DNA of 64,000 bases from Chara braunii (GCA_003427395.1 BFEA01000035.1:1062521-1126520), one strand, 5' to 3'; shown: positions 1-14,170, counted from the stretch's first letter. The notes: a model not told the origin generated them from the letters alone. Program-made: numbers and translations.

Positions 1-381
1 GAGAGAGAGAGAGAGACAGGGGAAGCGAGCGAGGGGAGGAGAGAGGGGGAGAGGTTTATACAGGGGGAGAGGGGAAGCGAGAGAGAGAGAGAGAGACAGA
101 AATGCAATCGGGAAGAAGATGTCAGTGAAAAAGGCACAATAAGGCGGCAACAGATAAACAGACAAGGAGCGAAGAACACCGGCTGGCTGTTCTTCAAAAG
201 AACAGATTCTGCAGATCCTTAAGAGCAAAAAAAAGAAACACGACCTATCATATGCATCTCGTCTTTCGACGGGTAAAGAGGGATAGGATTAGCAGAAGGG
301 AGTCTGACTGATCGAATCAGACGGGTCAGGGTCCAATTCCCGGTTGCAAGTCTGATTAGCAACTGGTTGATCGCCGTTTCT

Positions 382-993
382 TTACTTAGTACTGTAAGGG
401 GAATTGGGCGGTTCATAGGGAAAGAAAAGGAAAGGGCGGGGAAAAGAATATGCACCTGCTTCTTCTGCTCTCCGGGAGGCCATTATGATATCGCTCCTAG
501 TTTTGCCACCGTCGTGCTTCTGCACCTCGCGATGACTCACAACGCACCTACGATCCATTGGTTTCGGTTCTTCACTCGGCATCATTGGCCCTGCTGGACC
601 CATGCCATCCGATGTTCCCCCGGCCCAGCTGGCCCTCACTGACCTCTCGCTCAAACCATGATGCACTCCCAAGACCGGAGAGTGCGGACTATCCCAATAC
701 CGTTTCATACCGACAGTCGGCTCCGTGCTTATCACTTCTTTGATCTCTCTATCGACGGGAAGAGATGGACTTTGGCTCAGATTCGAGTCGCCCGCCATGA
801 GTTCCGCCGACAGTTCCGTTTGCAGTTCCGCTGGCAATTCCGTTCGCAGTTCCGTTTGCAGTTCCGTTTGGGGGACCGCTGAGTCGGTCACTGCCATGGC
901 AAACGACGCCGGCGAGGGAACAGATTGATGATCAGCTGAAACCACGTACTCTGCAGAGGCAACCATCTCCGTCGGCTTCTTAGCGATTTGCAA
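382..993 (-). CDS. Possible low-complexity exon of an unidentified host gene or pseudogene
   Basis: 203 aa open frame with a 12-bp in-frame repeat (TELQ/TELP/AELQ) at ~800-870 and a possible donor CAG|GTGCAT near 456. No recognisable domain; adjacent frames contain stops. Confidence 0.25.
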   Translation of the reverse strand: MQIAKKPTEMVASAEYVVSADHQSVPSPASFAMAVTDSAVPQTELQTELRTELPAELQTELSAELMAGDSNLSQSPSLPVDREIKEVISTEPTVGMKRYWDSPHSPVLGVHHGLSERSVRASWAGGTSDGMGPAGPMMPSEEPKPMDRRCVVSHREVQKHDGGKTRSDIIMASRRAEEAGAYSFPRPFLFFPYEPPNSPYSTK

Positions 994-1287
994 ATACTAA
1001 AAAACGAGGGCGCCGCCAGCTGGCACGGCCAACCATAAATGAACGATGACCAGTTTGGCGAGTTCCAGTCACCGGAAGCGATGTTTTTGTCAACGAATCA
1101 TAATAGCTCTACCTCCATTGCTTTCTATCAACTCGCTCACACTCATCGTCTTTACTACGCCAGCTGGAAGGGCCTTCACACCGCTGCACTTTGCTTACAG
1201 CGATGCTTTCCAAGACATTCGATTCGGCCAAGGATTAGAGGAGGGATTCGAGGAGGAAACGGCAGGGAAAGGGGGGGTGGGGGAAGT

Positions 1288-1289
<2 letters not shown>

Positions 1290-1336
<47 letters not shown>

Positions 1337-1583
1337 NNNNNNNNNNNNNNNNNNNNNNNNNNNNNNNNNNNNNNNNNNNNNNNNNNNNNNNNNNNNNNNN
1401 NNNNNNNNNNNNNNNNNNNNNNNNNNNNNNNNNNNNNNNNNNNNNNNNNNNNNNNNNNNNNNNNNNNNNNNNNNNNNNNNNNNNNNNNNNNNNNNNNNNN
1501 NNNNNNNNNNNNNNNNNNNNNNNNNNNNNNNNNNNNNNNNNNNNNNNNNNNNNNNNNTGTGTGTGTGTGTGTGTGTGTGTGTG
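1290..1583. repeat. (CT)n and (TG)n microsatellites flanking assembly gap 1337-1557
   Basis: Directly visible. Confidence 0.95.
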
Positions 1584-3360
1584 CGGGGGTGGGGGTTGGG
1601 GCTGCGGGGGGACAATCTGTCACAATCACTCACCGCCAGAACCCGATTTCCCTTGCTGGCCCCGAGCGAGATCGGCGTATCTTCCTATGCCACCTCAACA
1701 GTGTGTCGCCGCCGTGACCCAGGAGATGCGGTGACGGAGAACGCACTCGAGCCTGAGAACATGGGTGCCAGTGACCTTTCCATACTGATGACACAGCGAG
1801 AATCACTACAGTCAGTACTCACACTCTCCTTCAGCTCAGTCAGATCCCTCCTGAGAAATGATCGCCTGGTTGATTCATGGATTGATTAATTGGTACCCAC
1901 GGTGAAGTCGTAACATCGACCTCCCTAGCTTGCGAGCGCATTTCCCGCCGCAACACACTGTTCAAAAGCCCCGCCTTTAGGGTGATGGATGGTTTGACTT
2001 CTCTCTGATAGATCTCTCTATTCTATTCTTCCCCGTGACTCAGACAGAGTGCCTAAGAAGACAGCAGACACCATAACTACTCCAGCCTTCCCTGCGACTA
2101 CCTAAGACGAGAGAAGAAACCATAACCACTCCGGTCCGGAGGTTGGAGAATTCGATGTTCGATGCCGGAACCGAGAGCGAGCCAGTGAGAGAGACCGAGA
2201 AGAGCGAAACGCGGACAGACAGCTCTTGCGCCTGCGGGCTGCAGATCGTGGGTTTTGTCGCGTAGCGACAGTTTCCATTTGCACCCGTGGCCCATTTTCA
2301 TTCCCGTGGGACCGGTTTGGCCACTCGGCAAAAACCGAGCGTCGCAAACTTCGAGCGCGGGAAAGGGAATATGGTGTTTTTTGCCGCCCACCATAACGGC
2401 AGTCCCGCTCGAAAGCACCACCCCGCCCAAAGGGCCTTTTTTTTCCCGTCTTCTTTTTCATTCTGTTCTTCTAAATGGATATGGATTCGAACTTTGGTCT
2501 CCATTTCCTTCTCCATTTTTCCCCCTTGACCATTTGTTCGCGAGCCTCGAGGTTCACCACTGCTTGGGTTCGGAAAAAAGGCCACTAGCCGTTGCGCGCC
2601 GTTTCCTTATTTTCCCGCCGAGGAACCGCCTGGGGCCATGATTTAGCTCGCCGCGATTGCCTTGATCGAGTGTTATTGATGACCTTCGATTCCGTAGATC
2701 TACGGTCAGAAATCGCCTAATCGGTGCTGATGGAATCGTACCCCTCGCGCGCACGGAAAATGACGTGACGGACTACTCCAATGCGTGCGACAAGTGCGCC
2801 TACCGCACGGCACACACGTCGTCGTTGCTGGCCCACTGCACGGTTCCGGCCGCCCACACGTGCTCGATACCGGCTGCCGCCCTGCCTGCCGCACATTCGT
2901 CGTGGTCCAATGCTGGGACCATGTCCCGCCCTGCTGCCTTCGCTCTTACCGCAGGCGTCGTGCAGACCAGCAGGCAGCCAGCAACACTTCGCTTTCTGGC
3001 TCAGCACTGCAAGGCCAGTCAACCCCCCCCCATTCCCATTAGTAGCCAGCAACTGGAAAAGGCCGTTTTTTGTCGTTGGCTGGTCCTGGGGGCTGTTGTG
3101 GTCTGGTAGCCTCTAGCTCAGATAGGTGACGGGTAGCTTCTGAATGGGAAACAAGCTGGGTTGAGGCAGAGCGAAGCGTTTTTTGGTTTTCTAGCCAGAC
3201 CTGTGAGCTATCTGGGATTTTTGTCTATGGAGTTGTAGACTGGCCCTGCTAGATATGTGGTCAATGGGATGCTGAGCCCATTTTATTTCCCCGCATGTGA
3301 AGGTCCCCACGAATAGATTGGAGCAATTTTATTTTATTTTTAAAGGAAAAAAAAGACTAC

Positions 3361-3480
3361 GGGCCTCTCTCCACTACTCACCATATCTACAAAAGACAAA
3401 AATATGGTGGTGTATCTTTCCATGTTTTAGCGGAAGATTCATCTCATTTTCCACATTTGGTGAGTAGTGGAGTGAAGCCC
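3361..3480. mobile_element. 120 bp MITE, PIF/Harbinger (Tourist)-like
   Basis: 23 bp imperfect TIRs gggcctctctccactactcacca / tggtgagtagtggagtgaagccc; 3 bp TSD TAC at 3358-3360 and 3481-3483. Confidence 0.8.
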
Positions 3481-4639
3481 TACGTAGGTAGCGATTTTTG
3501 TTTTATTTCAATAGGAAGAAGCATGAACTGAATTGAATTTGAGCAGTGTTGCTTGTCATGCATGATGCACATAGTTTGCATCTACAAAAGTTGTTCGAGT
3601 AACTAGTAGTTCAGATTGCTTAATTATTTGTTGGATTGTTTTTTTGTATTGTAGAGTGACATACTTAGTACTACTCAATCCCGAAACAAAGTTAACATGG
3701 TATATTTGTGTGCAACTGCTTATCTTTGCACATGCATAGTTGAAGTTACTGGGTTTGTTTTTTGGCGTGTAAGACAGATAAGGGGGGGGGTCAATTCAAT
3801 TTATTATTTGCTTGATATTGCTTACCTTGATGTTGCCTGGTTGAAAATTGCTTAGTTTGTTCTTATGTTTTATCAGCTGTCTGGTTGTTTATGAACTTAT
3901 CTATTTGTTAATTGTTTAGGGAATAATTTATTTGTTTATCTGTTTTCATGTGCGTTTTGACAAAGAGGGAGGAAAAGAGATAAAAAAAAGAAATAAAGGT
4001 AAATGGGAAGAGAAAAAAAAAAAATAGGGGTAACTTCGGCGCAGTCACGAAAACAGTTTGTAATTGCACTTCAGGCAATCCCGCGAATACAACACTCCCC
4101 CCCACGACCCCACCAGACCCGAAATGTAGGTCATATATATTCAGCATTACCGGTTTTTTTGCCTCAACTGCAATTACAAACTCAATCTTTGATTGCACCC
4201 TAGTTTTCTCAAAAAAATAAATAAATAATAATAATAATTGTTAGAGACAGAGGGACTGTTATAGTGTAAGGAAGAGAGAGAGAACAAAAGAGTGGTTGTG
4301 TGTGTTTGTCTATCTGTTTGATTATCTTTGTGTTTGTTGGGCTTATCGTTTGTTTGATATTTGTTTATCTTAAGGTTGCATGCCCAACATTTGTTTTGTG
4401 TAATGTGTGTTTTGTGAAATGTTTGTTTGCGTGTTGATGTGGTTACTTGCTTAATTGTTTATCAATCGAGCTATTTGTTAATTTGTTTACTTATGCATGC
4501 TAGTTATTATTTGTTTGCGTTCGTAAATGTGTGCGTCTGGTTAGTTATGTGCTTTATTATTTGGTTACTTAGCCGAATATATGTATTTTTCAACTGTTGT
4601 GCTTTGTTTTTATTCAGGGTTAGTAATGTGTTATTTGGT

Positions 4640-4930
4640 TTCGAGAATGTGAGTTGTGGGATCTGCCTGCATATATACGTGCATATATTTGTCTCCTTAA
4701 TAATATGTTCGATTTTATGAATGTAGGTTGGCGAATCTGCCTGCATGTATACCTCCATAGTTGCTTGTCTGTCAATTATCTGTATGATTTTATGAATGTT
4801 GGATGACAAACCTACCGGCATGTATACTTGCATAGTTTTCTATCTATTTAAATTATTTATTTGACCTTATAAATGTTGGTTGTCGAATTTGTTTACATGT
4901 ATACTTGCATAGTTGTCTCTTTGTTTAATT
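4640..4930. repeat. Degenerate ~76 bp tandem repeat (~4 copies) in a T/G-rich region
   Basis: Recurring ttttatgaatgt...catgtatacttgcatagtt units. Confidence 0.6.
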
Positions 4931-6993
4931 ATTTTTCATTTTGTTGAATTTGTTGTTTGCTTGACATTTGCTTAGCTTGATGTTAGTTGTTTAACATTCG
5001 TTTTGTTTGATGTTTGTTTTGTGAGTAATTTCCTTGTGAGTTGACATATTTTTTTACTTAATTGGTTATCTATTGAACCATTTGTTTGTACGTTTACATG
5101 CTCATGTTAACTATTATCTGCTTAGATGTGTCGTATTTTTGTTGTAAATGTATTAATGTGGTTGGTTTCGTAGTTGATTATTTGACTATTAAGAATCTGT
5201 GTATTTTTAATATTTTTAGCTTGTTATATGTGTAGTGTCTATACTCAATACGTTTCATATGGCTATTTGTTGACCAGTCTCACTGTAAAGTTGCTTACAT
5301 ATTTGTCTGCATCTATGTTTGCAGTACGTTTTATTTTTTCTATTGTATGCATGAACGATTAAATGTATTGAATATGCTAAGTAGGAGGGTGCATAACCTT
5401 TTGTTTCTTCAATTGCTTGCATCACCAATTTTGCGTGTATCATCAGTTTATATGGTTATGTTTATTGCAAGTGTTTTATATTAATCTTCAAATGTGTTGC
5501 AGATAAAGAGTTGTAGAGGGAGGGGTGTAGTTGTTAAGTGTTAATCCAGACATGTCGGGGATGTGGTGGTTGTTATGTTCGCACTGCTAATGTTGTCACA
5601 TAGGAAGAGTATTTGCATTTATGTTTTCATGTCTGTTTGTTATTCCGATTACCTGCATAACCACGTATAAACCCAAATGCATAGTCACACCTAAACTTTC
5701 TATATCAATTTTTGCATGTAGTTGCAGTCAACCCACTTCCCCCAACGCCAACTTTTATGTGTTCACTGTCATGACATACTTATACTAAGACTTTGTTTAA
5801 TTTGGTTGAAGCTCCAAAATGTATCTCTCACGCATCTGTTGTTGAATATAGACGTATGTCCTAGATGAGTAGATTCAAAATTGAACATCTTTGTCTTACA
5901 ATGTGTGTGTGTGTTTTGAATTTTCCCCAACAGACCCTATTCCACCCAAAGTGAGCAAAGTCAAAATCAAAGTATATTCAATCCTACTGCAAATAATGAA
6001 AGCCTTTGAGTTTAGACAACCCGACAATGAAACATTTCCATTTTTATAGCAAGCAACATGGAGTATGCATATCAACCCCTTTCTTAATTTTATTCACCTT
6101 CGTTTGTTTTTTTGGTAACTCTTTCACTTGTTCTTGTTGCTTCTCCTTCACCATGTCTCTCATGTACAAAGCCCGCCATGTCGATTGTGGTTTAGCGCGA
6201 ACTGCCCACATCTCTATGTGCCATAACAACTCACTTGCACACTATGAAAGGAGGCAAAGCAGAGATGGAGGTATATTCTTGTTCATTATTTGTCAGATTA
6301 TCAACTTATATTTTGTTGGTTCTCTTAATGATGCTCATTCTCATGCGCGTATGTGTGTCTGTATATTTAATAATTATACAATTGTTGAATATGAAAAAAA
6401 TGAATAACTCAGTTTAAAAAGAAGTGTTATCTTCCGATCATCAACACCCGCACTACTTTCTTCACTCGAATACAACGTATGCATCAAGGTAAAAAAGTGG
6501 CCAAATGCATATAAAGTGTTGTGTAGTGGAGGGAGGTCCTAAGTGGAGCGATACTCATTGTTCTCATTGCCCAGTGAGTCTAAAGTAGTGAAGCGATATC
6601 ATCGTTCCAATTGCCTATAAATAACAGTTACCGCTAAGCAAACATTTGTTGGAAGTGTTTGATCGATATCCCCGAAGTTAAGTTGGACACAGAGAGTTAG
6701 CATTGAAATTTGTTTCTATCGAGTAATAAACAACCTACAAGAAACGAATAACTACCACGACTCACTGCTAAAGATAAAGTGGTAGTTTCAATGTGCGTTT
6801 ACATGGTATTTAGTAATCTCAATCTTGTGACCTCAATTTGACGTGTCGTAAAATTTTCAAATATGACATATTATGAGTGTTTCTTTGATTTTATGAGGAT
6901 GAGATTTTACAGTAGTGGTCTTAATACGACGTGTTGTAGCATTTGTAAATTTGATGGGTAATGGTATGTAGTTGTTGGCAAGAGATGTGACAT

Positions 6994-7128
6994 GGGGTCT
7001 TGCTCCAGTATCGCTTTATCACTCTATACATGTGCAAAATGAGACCGAATTCTCCACTAGAATATGGATAGATACACCGTTATATTTTATGTCTTTTTGT
7101 GCATGTACAGAGTGGTGGAGCGAGGTCT
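6994..7128. mobile_element. Diverged, inverted copy of the 3361-3480 MITE
   Basis: 7031-7128 (tgtgcaaaatgaga...gatacacc...gtctttttgt...gagtggtggagcgaggtct) aligns by eye with the reverse complement of 3361-3455. Confidence 0.65.
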
Positions 7129-7222
7129 ATGGTATTTGGTAGTCTCAATGTGACGTGGCAAAGCATTTGAAAATTTGATATGGGTTTGAATTTAAAATTT
7201 ATGCTTGGTTGCAACATATTGG

Positions 7223-7262
<40 letters not shown>

Positions 7263-7819
7263 GGAGAGAAANNNNNNNNNNNNNNNNNNNNNNNNNNNNN
7301 NNNNNNNNNNNNNNNNNNNNNNNNNNNNNNNNNNNNNNNNNNNNNNNNNNNNNNNNNNNNNNNNNNNNNNNNNNNNNNNNNNNNNNNNNNNNNNNNNNNN
7401 NNNNNNNNNNNNNNNNNNNNNNNNNNNNNNNNNNNNNNNNNNNNNNNNNNNNNNNNNNNNNNNNNNNNNNNNNNNNNNNNNNNNNNNNNNNNNNNNNNNN
7501 NNNNNNNNNNNNNNNNNNNNNNNNNNNNNNNNNNNNNNNNNNNNNNNNNNNNNNNNNNNNNNNNNNNNNNNNNNNNNNNNNNNNNNNNNNNNNNNNNNNN
7601 NNNNNNNNNNNNNNNNAAAAAAAAAAAAACAACGGTGTTTTTGTAAAAACTGAAATTGTTTTCATGTTCGCTTCATCTTTAAAGTGTAAAAAAACACACA
7701 TAAGAGAGGAGGAAAAAAAAAACAACAACGATGAAATAAGGCGAGATGGTGAAAGCTTAACATTGAAAAGTTTGAGAAACATATCATTATATAATAACAT
7801 TTTGAAATTGTGGAAAACA

Positions 7820-7968
7820 ATACCAACCATTGCAACTACGATCAAGCATCAACAAAGTGTTGAATGACACATACCAACCATTGAAACTATTCTCAACCAT
7901 CGACAAAGTGTTGAATGACACATACTAACCATTGAAACTATTCTCAACCATCAACAAAGTGTTGAATG
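7820..7968. repeat. 51 bp tandem repeat x3
   Basis: ataccaaccattgaaactattctcaaccatcgacaaagtgttgaatgacac units start at 7820, 7871 and 7922. Confidence 0.9.
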
Positions 7969-7995
7969 ATATCATAAGTCGCATATCTGGAATGT

Positions 7996-8820
7996 TCACT
8001 CATTCTCGACCATCGAGAAAATATCAAATGCGATTTTATGCCTCATATACGGGATGTTGTCTTGCGAGAATTTGATTGGAGGAAAGTGACCTTTCACTAG
8101 CAAAGATGCAAAACCTAACATAAAAACACCACAACTACAACCATCATGTTGGACGGGCATCCCGTCAAACGATGTGTCAAAAGATGTTGTAAGGTCGTCT
8201 ACGTGATATATTTCATGAAGATTTTGACGTTGGAATTCTATTCTAAAGAACGCAGCTAATAGTTCAAGCGGTGCGAGGCGGTCGGCGCGACGGAGAGATT
8301 CTACAAGGCGGAATTCACATTTGCAGCCGTATATTCTAACACATGTCAAATCCAAGTGGTTCTCAAAATTAAGAGGGATAAATACAAAGTTAAAACCAAA
8401 AATATTTTTTCCCCTAACCCACTTAATTCCCTCATAGTAAGCAATTTCTTTGGACACTGCAGATGTCAATCTGACATAGAAAAATGAATCTAAAATATAC
8501 ACAAATGGAATGTCACTGAGACTCTCGTCTCTAATCTCTTTTCAAAACATCAAATTTTGTATGACATTGTCGTTGTCGATCTCGATAGCTAGTAGATACA
8601 AATTCATTGCTTTGTCATTCAACCATCCTCCATCTTCGATAATGACTATGGTGTCTTTCTTTTTCACCTTCCAATCACCCTTGTAAACAACGATGTTGTA
8701 TTCTTGGTTATCTTCACCGACACTCACAGTATTTTCAACATACTGCATCTCGACCTCTGTGAGGCGTACTGTTGCTAGAGTAATCTTGAACGACATGTCA
8801 GGCACTGCATACAAACACAC
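7996..8820 (-). pseudogene. Ulp1/SENP-like peptidase C48 (SUMO protease) domain, probably transposon-borne, with an in-frame stop
   Basis: ORFs 8542-8820 and 7996-8502 share a frame, split by TGA at 8542. Motifs GWLNDKAMNLYL, LDSFFY, VFIPLNFENH, VESL (Asp to Glu) and QHDGCSCGVFML. Upstream coding-like remnants extend to ~9897, where the LTR interrupts. Confidence 0.8.
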
Positions 8821-11800
8821 ATGTAAATAACAACGGTATGTCTAAGACTTTTGTTCATGACGGTGCTTGCGTGCCTACTTCGTTGTTGTTGCTGCTTTCA
8901 ACAATAGACATCGTGCAACCTTCACGGTGCAATTTCTTCCTTTGTTTAGTGTTCATTCCCACAACTTTAAACATCCTTAGGGCAGCAGGCTTCACAAATG
9001 GGATCGTCAATCGTCACGTGTTCAGTGCGCCTTCCAACTTTTTGGGGCAACAATGGTAACGTTGATAAGGCTTGCAAACCACGACGTATAATATTTTTGT
9101 TACTGTTCTTTTGCGAGTGCATGTGAGGCGCTTTCCGCAATTCTTTATGCAGACCCGTTTGTTCATCAACGTAAAGACCACAATCATGATTGATAGTGAC
9201 AAGTAATATGAGTGACGTTCAATTTCATAGTATTAGAAATTCGCTTAAACAATATGAATATGAATAAACATTAATAGCAAGAAAGTTTTACCAAGCTTCT
9301 ACTTCATGGTACCGATTCAGAAACACCACAAATGCACACTATATAATGCAAGAAAACAAGAAACAATTTCAAAAAATTGTGGCAAAAAAAAAAAAGGATG
9401 AGCTCATGTGTTAGACACAATATTACAAACATGTTCCTTATGCGAGGTATGTGCTCACCTCGGCGACTAACTGTCAATTTCCCTTCAACACGGTCTTCTT
9501 TCGCACCTTCCAACTGCCTTGATGTGACAGGGGATTCTTTGATGGTTATTACGCCTTAGACATATGGGCTTAACTGTTGTACAAGAGTTTGAAGTATATT
9601 CTCTACAACTTCCTCCACAAGTGTATGTTGCTCGGGTGTAGTCAGTACAACATGTCCTTCATCCTCTTCGACGTTGGGTACTTGGATTGCTTTTTTCCTC
9701 ACGAGCCCCTGAAGAGTGTCCTTTCTTCCAGTAAGTGTATGCTGAGACCCTTCTCTTGCCTTCTCTGATAATATCGGACTTTGAAATTCGGTACGAATCT
9801 CGAAGTCGCCTCCGAGTGTTCCTTCATCCAATGGAGTGTCAGGCTCGACTTGCAGTTCCAGCTCCCCCACAAACATGGTTTTTTCCATTGATGCCGCTGT
9901 CGCTCGTGGCGGTACCACACCCTCCAAGGAAGGCAGAACCTCACAATCATGTCACGCAGGATTTAATTCTGAAAAAACTAACCAGTCACCACTCCGACCG
10001 AAGTGCGCAGGTTATACCTCTCACGACACCCCACGACAGGTCGGGGTGCAGCGAGGTACAACGTACTTCTATCCAAGGGGTAGTCACCACCCTTAGGTAG
10101 GCGTATCCCTGCTGAGCTACGGACCCACATGCGAAGGCTTTTACTTGCCTTTGTAGAGGTAGGTCGGCCAATGACGTTTTCTTGATCGTCCCAGCATAGA
10201 AATGGGGTATGCGCGGTAAGACGCCTAAGAATGACCCATCAGTCAAGTCAGGTTCATGATATGATCTCCCTATCCTGGATTTCTAGATATTCAGGTCGAA
10301 CCTTTAGAAAACTGTTTATTTCCACTTCTGAGTCTGAAACATATTATTCTTTTGACCAAAGCGAACATGGTATCAATCAAATCACCTTGCTACCAATGTC
10401 ATTTTATCTCTCTTAACAGGTTATGACTCGACTGAGCATCAGATAGTATAGAAGTTAAGTAGGATAGATAATGAATATGAGAGTATTACCGATGAGAACC
10501 TTTACCACTTTCGCAAGTGCTGTGTGTCCGAGACTCTTCAACAGATGAGGTCCAGTTCAATAAAAAATCATGGACAAAATTTGACCTGCACAGAATAATG
10601 CAAAGACAGTTCACATGCCATGCACTAACGGTGTCAACCATCAACCACTAACCTTGTCCCTCACTTCCCAAACCATGTATGATAGCTCTATCTTTTCCTG
10701 AAACTTAAGCTCAGCCCCCTCACTTTTTGTCAAAGGACCCTTGAGAGTGACTAGGACCATTCAGGCAATAACCAAAGGTGTCAGTTTTACTGACCACAGG
10801 GTTTGACTTTAGATGTGGGTATAAAGTGAAAGAGAAAAGTTGAATCGGTAACAATTGACCTGTTATCGAAAGATAACAGAAAATTGGGTTATTTTTGTAG
10901 AACGTCTTTCTTCAAATGCAGTAGATCAAATAGAGACCTGCACACACACAGATCAACATAGATTCAACACCCCCACTCGATTTCCCTCATTTTGATATCT
11001 ACGGGTCAAACCCTTAAATCTGGATTGTGAGGTCTGGAATTGACATCCCAAAGTCTAATCCTTAGCTTCTACTCTCATAACCCTATCCTAAGTCGTCTGC
11101 CGCCTTCTCCTTTCGTTCAAGGAGTTTCATGCCTATGTCCTACGTCGTCTTAGGGAAACGCATATTTCCCCTACTCTCAGTCTTTGCATTCTATCTCTTT
11201 CGAAATAAGCACATCGCTTGGTGCTTATGTAATATAGTTTTAACTCATTTGTTGTTGTGGCCTTCCACTCGAAAGTCATGAACGGACACGGACCTCGCAG
11301 TAGTTCTTATTCTACTAGTATTCTTTTTCCCGTGGTCCTAACTCCTTTCTTTGTTTCTTTTCCAAGTCCGTGAGACCTTGCTCCAACATGAACATTTTTC
11401 TTTCCTCCTTCTTCAATTTGTCCTGACATACTCAAGTAGCAGATCGACTCATACATGAATCTTCTGCTACTTGGTCAATACCAAGCAATCTGTTAATCAA
11501 ACAGGCAGCCGAGTAAATCACCCATGATTACTCGACTCCCTTCCAGTCCCACTCAATACAAGCGCAAATGGTTAGTAAAAACAATGCACATGATCTGTTT
11601 CGAGTAGTCGGATAGCTCAGACAAGAGTATCCCTCTTGAAACAAACAGTTGAGGCTCTTACCGGGGCACCCTACTACTTGCTTTAGGTATCATTCGGAAA
11701 GACCTGAATTTCAACCCCCTCCCTGAGGTTAGTAATAGTATGAGTGAATAATAGGCGACCCAGACAAGAACCCCCTACTATCATGTGACCAAATTGCCCG

Positions 11801-13884
11801 GTCAACTTCGTGAGTGCAACAAAACGATCCTCACAAGGGCATCTAATTGCTATCCCGAAACCAACCAATCTAACCACCTAATAAGTTTGGACAGAAAACG
11901 AGTGTTTAGGATACTCCTACAAAAGTATCGCACCTCGCTGGTTTGTACAGAATCAAGCAAGTAATAGGCTGATTCCATCAAGGGCCCCTCTACTACTTCC
12001 TTGGGTAATGAGTAGTCCATATCTTAAACAAGTAATATGATGACTCCTACATAAGCTTTCCTACTACCCGTTTGGTGTTTGGACTGTCTGAGAGTAAGTA
12101 AGTTGATAAGGAAAGAGAAGCAACGTGGTTTACTACTCCCTGCAGATCGTTAGTCAGTTTTGGACTCAAGTGTGTGAATAGGATGACCCTCCTTGGAGCC
12201 CCCTACTACACCTTGAATATAAGTGCAAAGACCGAATCTTCCTGAGCCGTTAATTAAGAAGGGAAGTTAGTATCAAAATCCCTTGAGTTCACTTTTCACA
12301 TCAAGCAGATTCCTAGTTTATCAAGGTGGTGAGGTAGCACGCACAGGAGTACCGCCACCTTCTGATTATGCCAATCGTCTGAGTCTCAAAGCGTAAGTGT
12401 CAAACCCATACAAGGGTTATCTACCGCCTTCGGAGACTGGTCCGGCAGGTTAACAGGGCGATCCGCACAAGAGCCTCCCTTTTATTATTCCTAAACGTCA
12501 GGTATCTCTCCCCTTCACGACGACAGTCGCTCCGGTAGGGTAACTCGCACATGAGTACCCCATTGTCAACTCCCTGTGAAGTTAAAGCATACACAAGTAG
12601 TATGACGACTCACATATGAGCCTTTATTACACCACTTTGTTCTTCAAACCCAAGCAGTCTTAGGTTCCTTCTTGGTTATCTTAAGTTCCTTCCTCCCATC
12701 AAGCAGGGTTCTTACGTCAATCATATAACCTTTTTCATTTCGATACATTTTAGTCCTGAAAAAAACACAAACAGTGTTTCACACAGCCATACATGCAGTC
12801 CAATAGAAGGTTGTAGCATGTAAGGGTATATGGGAAGGGAATAGGCACCGCGTACCTCATGGTTCCCTGCCTCCAGAGTTCCTCCTGAACTCCGACAGAG
12901 CTCCCGCAATAGCCCTGTTATCCGCCTCGCAATACTCATGCAATTGATTGCTCGGATCTTAAAATTGGTAACATCCAAGGTTAAAGCTCAGTGGAGATAC
13001 ATCATCAGACCCCTTATGGCTAAGGGGAGGTACTCGAGAGGATCAAGCAAAGACAAGAATGGAGGAGGATGGAGGAGGTAGGCACCATCACAATGCGATA
13101 ATGCCTCTCTCCTCTCCAATGCCCCTCATTCTCCTCCTCTCTGACCCCTGTTTAACATATGAAGTCTGAAAACAACAATAATAATAATAACAATAATAAT
13201 AATAACAAAATCTCATCAATGCCTAAGACCATCTCTCAATAGACAATGGATCAAAGAAAAGTGGAGGTCCTTTGTCGGTTTCCCACTTGACAGAACCCTC
13301 CCCCTTTTCACTTTCCTTTCTCCCTCTGCTTTTTCCTTTACTCTTCCTTTTTTTTTCTCCTCATTTCACTTCTCTCCTTCTCTCCTTCCTTTCCCCCCCC
13401 CCCTCCCCCCCGCCTTTCAGTCTTCCTACTCATTTTCTTTCGTGGCATCGCATGCGTCCCTTTTGCTTTCGCCACATAACCTTGGTCACATCGACCCGCT
13501 CGCTGTTCTGCATGCATGTTCCCTAGGACCATGTGTGTGTGTTTGCGGTCCCGCCTGCCTGCAAGACTGTGCGGACGCATGCTTGCTGTCCAGTCGGGCT
13601 ACAAGACTGTGCGGGCGCATGCTTGCTGCTCCTCACAGTGCCTGCGGGTTCCCCGCTATCTGGCCGCTCCTCATGCCACTCAGTGCCTGCGCGCGGATGC
13701 GTTGACAATGCTGCTTTCTCAGTGGTCCATAGCCACTTCGTAATGTGTCAGCCTCTCGTTGCGTGAGCCCAGGCCGTGGCAAAAGGCTGCACTTCAAGCA
13801 CCGCAGCAGAGTTGCTCCGTCCAAGAAATCACAGGAAACACTTCTTTCGCAAACACTTCGTCGGTTCGAGCGAGTCGGGACCAC

Positions 13885-13958
13885 GGCGAATATAACTTAA
13901 TAGGTCAAAGTGTCAGATTGTGAATTTGAAAACACGGGTTCAACTCCCGTTATTCGCC
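13885..13958 (+). tRNA. trnH: tRNA-His(GUG), mitochondrial type (NUMT copy, likely non-functional)
   Basis: Encoded G-1; acceptor GCGAATA/TATTCGC with discriminator C; anticodon arm tcaga-ttGTGaa-tttga; T-arm acggg-ttcaact-cccgt; resembles the native mitochondrial trnH of non-seed streptophytes. Confidence 0.88.
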
Positions 13959-13991
13959 TCTTGCATCTGAACTCTGGTTTCAATGCCTGTA

Positions 13992-14170
13992 GCCTTCGTG
14001 TCGCCACGAAGTTCAGACTATATCATCATCCCAAGCAGGGATGTCTGGCGTGTAGTCGTTGAGGGGCGCAGCGCATGTATCAACACATGACTTCCCTGCT
14101 GATTGTCCGCACCGACACATTTGTCATTTGGTCGGATACTCGGCGGAGTTCCCAGCATATATCCAGCTTC
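13992..14170 (-). ncRNA. Group I intron catalytic core (organellar, IB-like), NUMT fragment
   Basis: Minus strand, in the correct order: P ATATGCTGGGAA (14149-14160), Q AATCAGCAGGG (14094-14104), R TCAACGACTAC (14052-14062), S GATGATATAGTCTGA (14013-14027), P9 hairpin at 13994-14011, P3 pairing ctgg/ccag. Confidence 0.82.

Noticed and set aside
1039-1734. Long ORFs spanning N gaps (also 7180-7867 and 21862-22362)
   Set aside because: Artefacts of translating through Ns and microsatellites
2098-3116. Cluster of overlapping GC-rich ORFs as a host gene 5' end
   Set aside because: No recognisable domain or consistent exon chain; open frames on both strands are expected at this GC content
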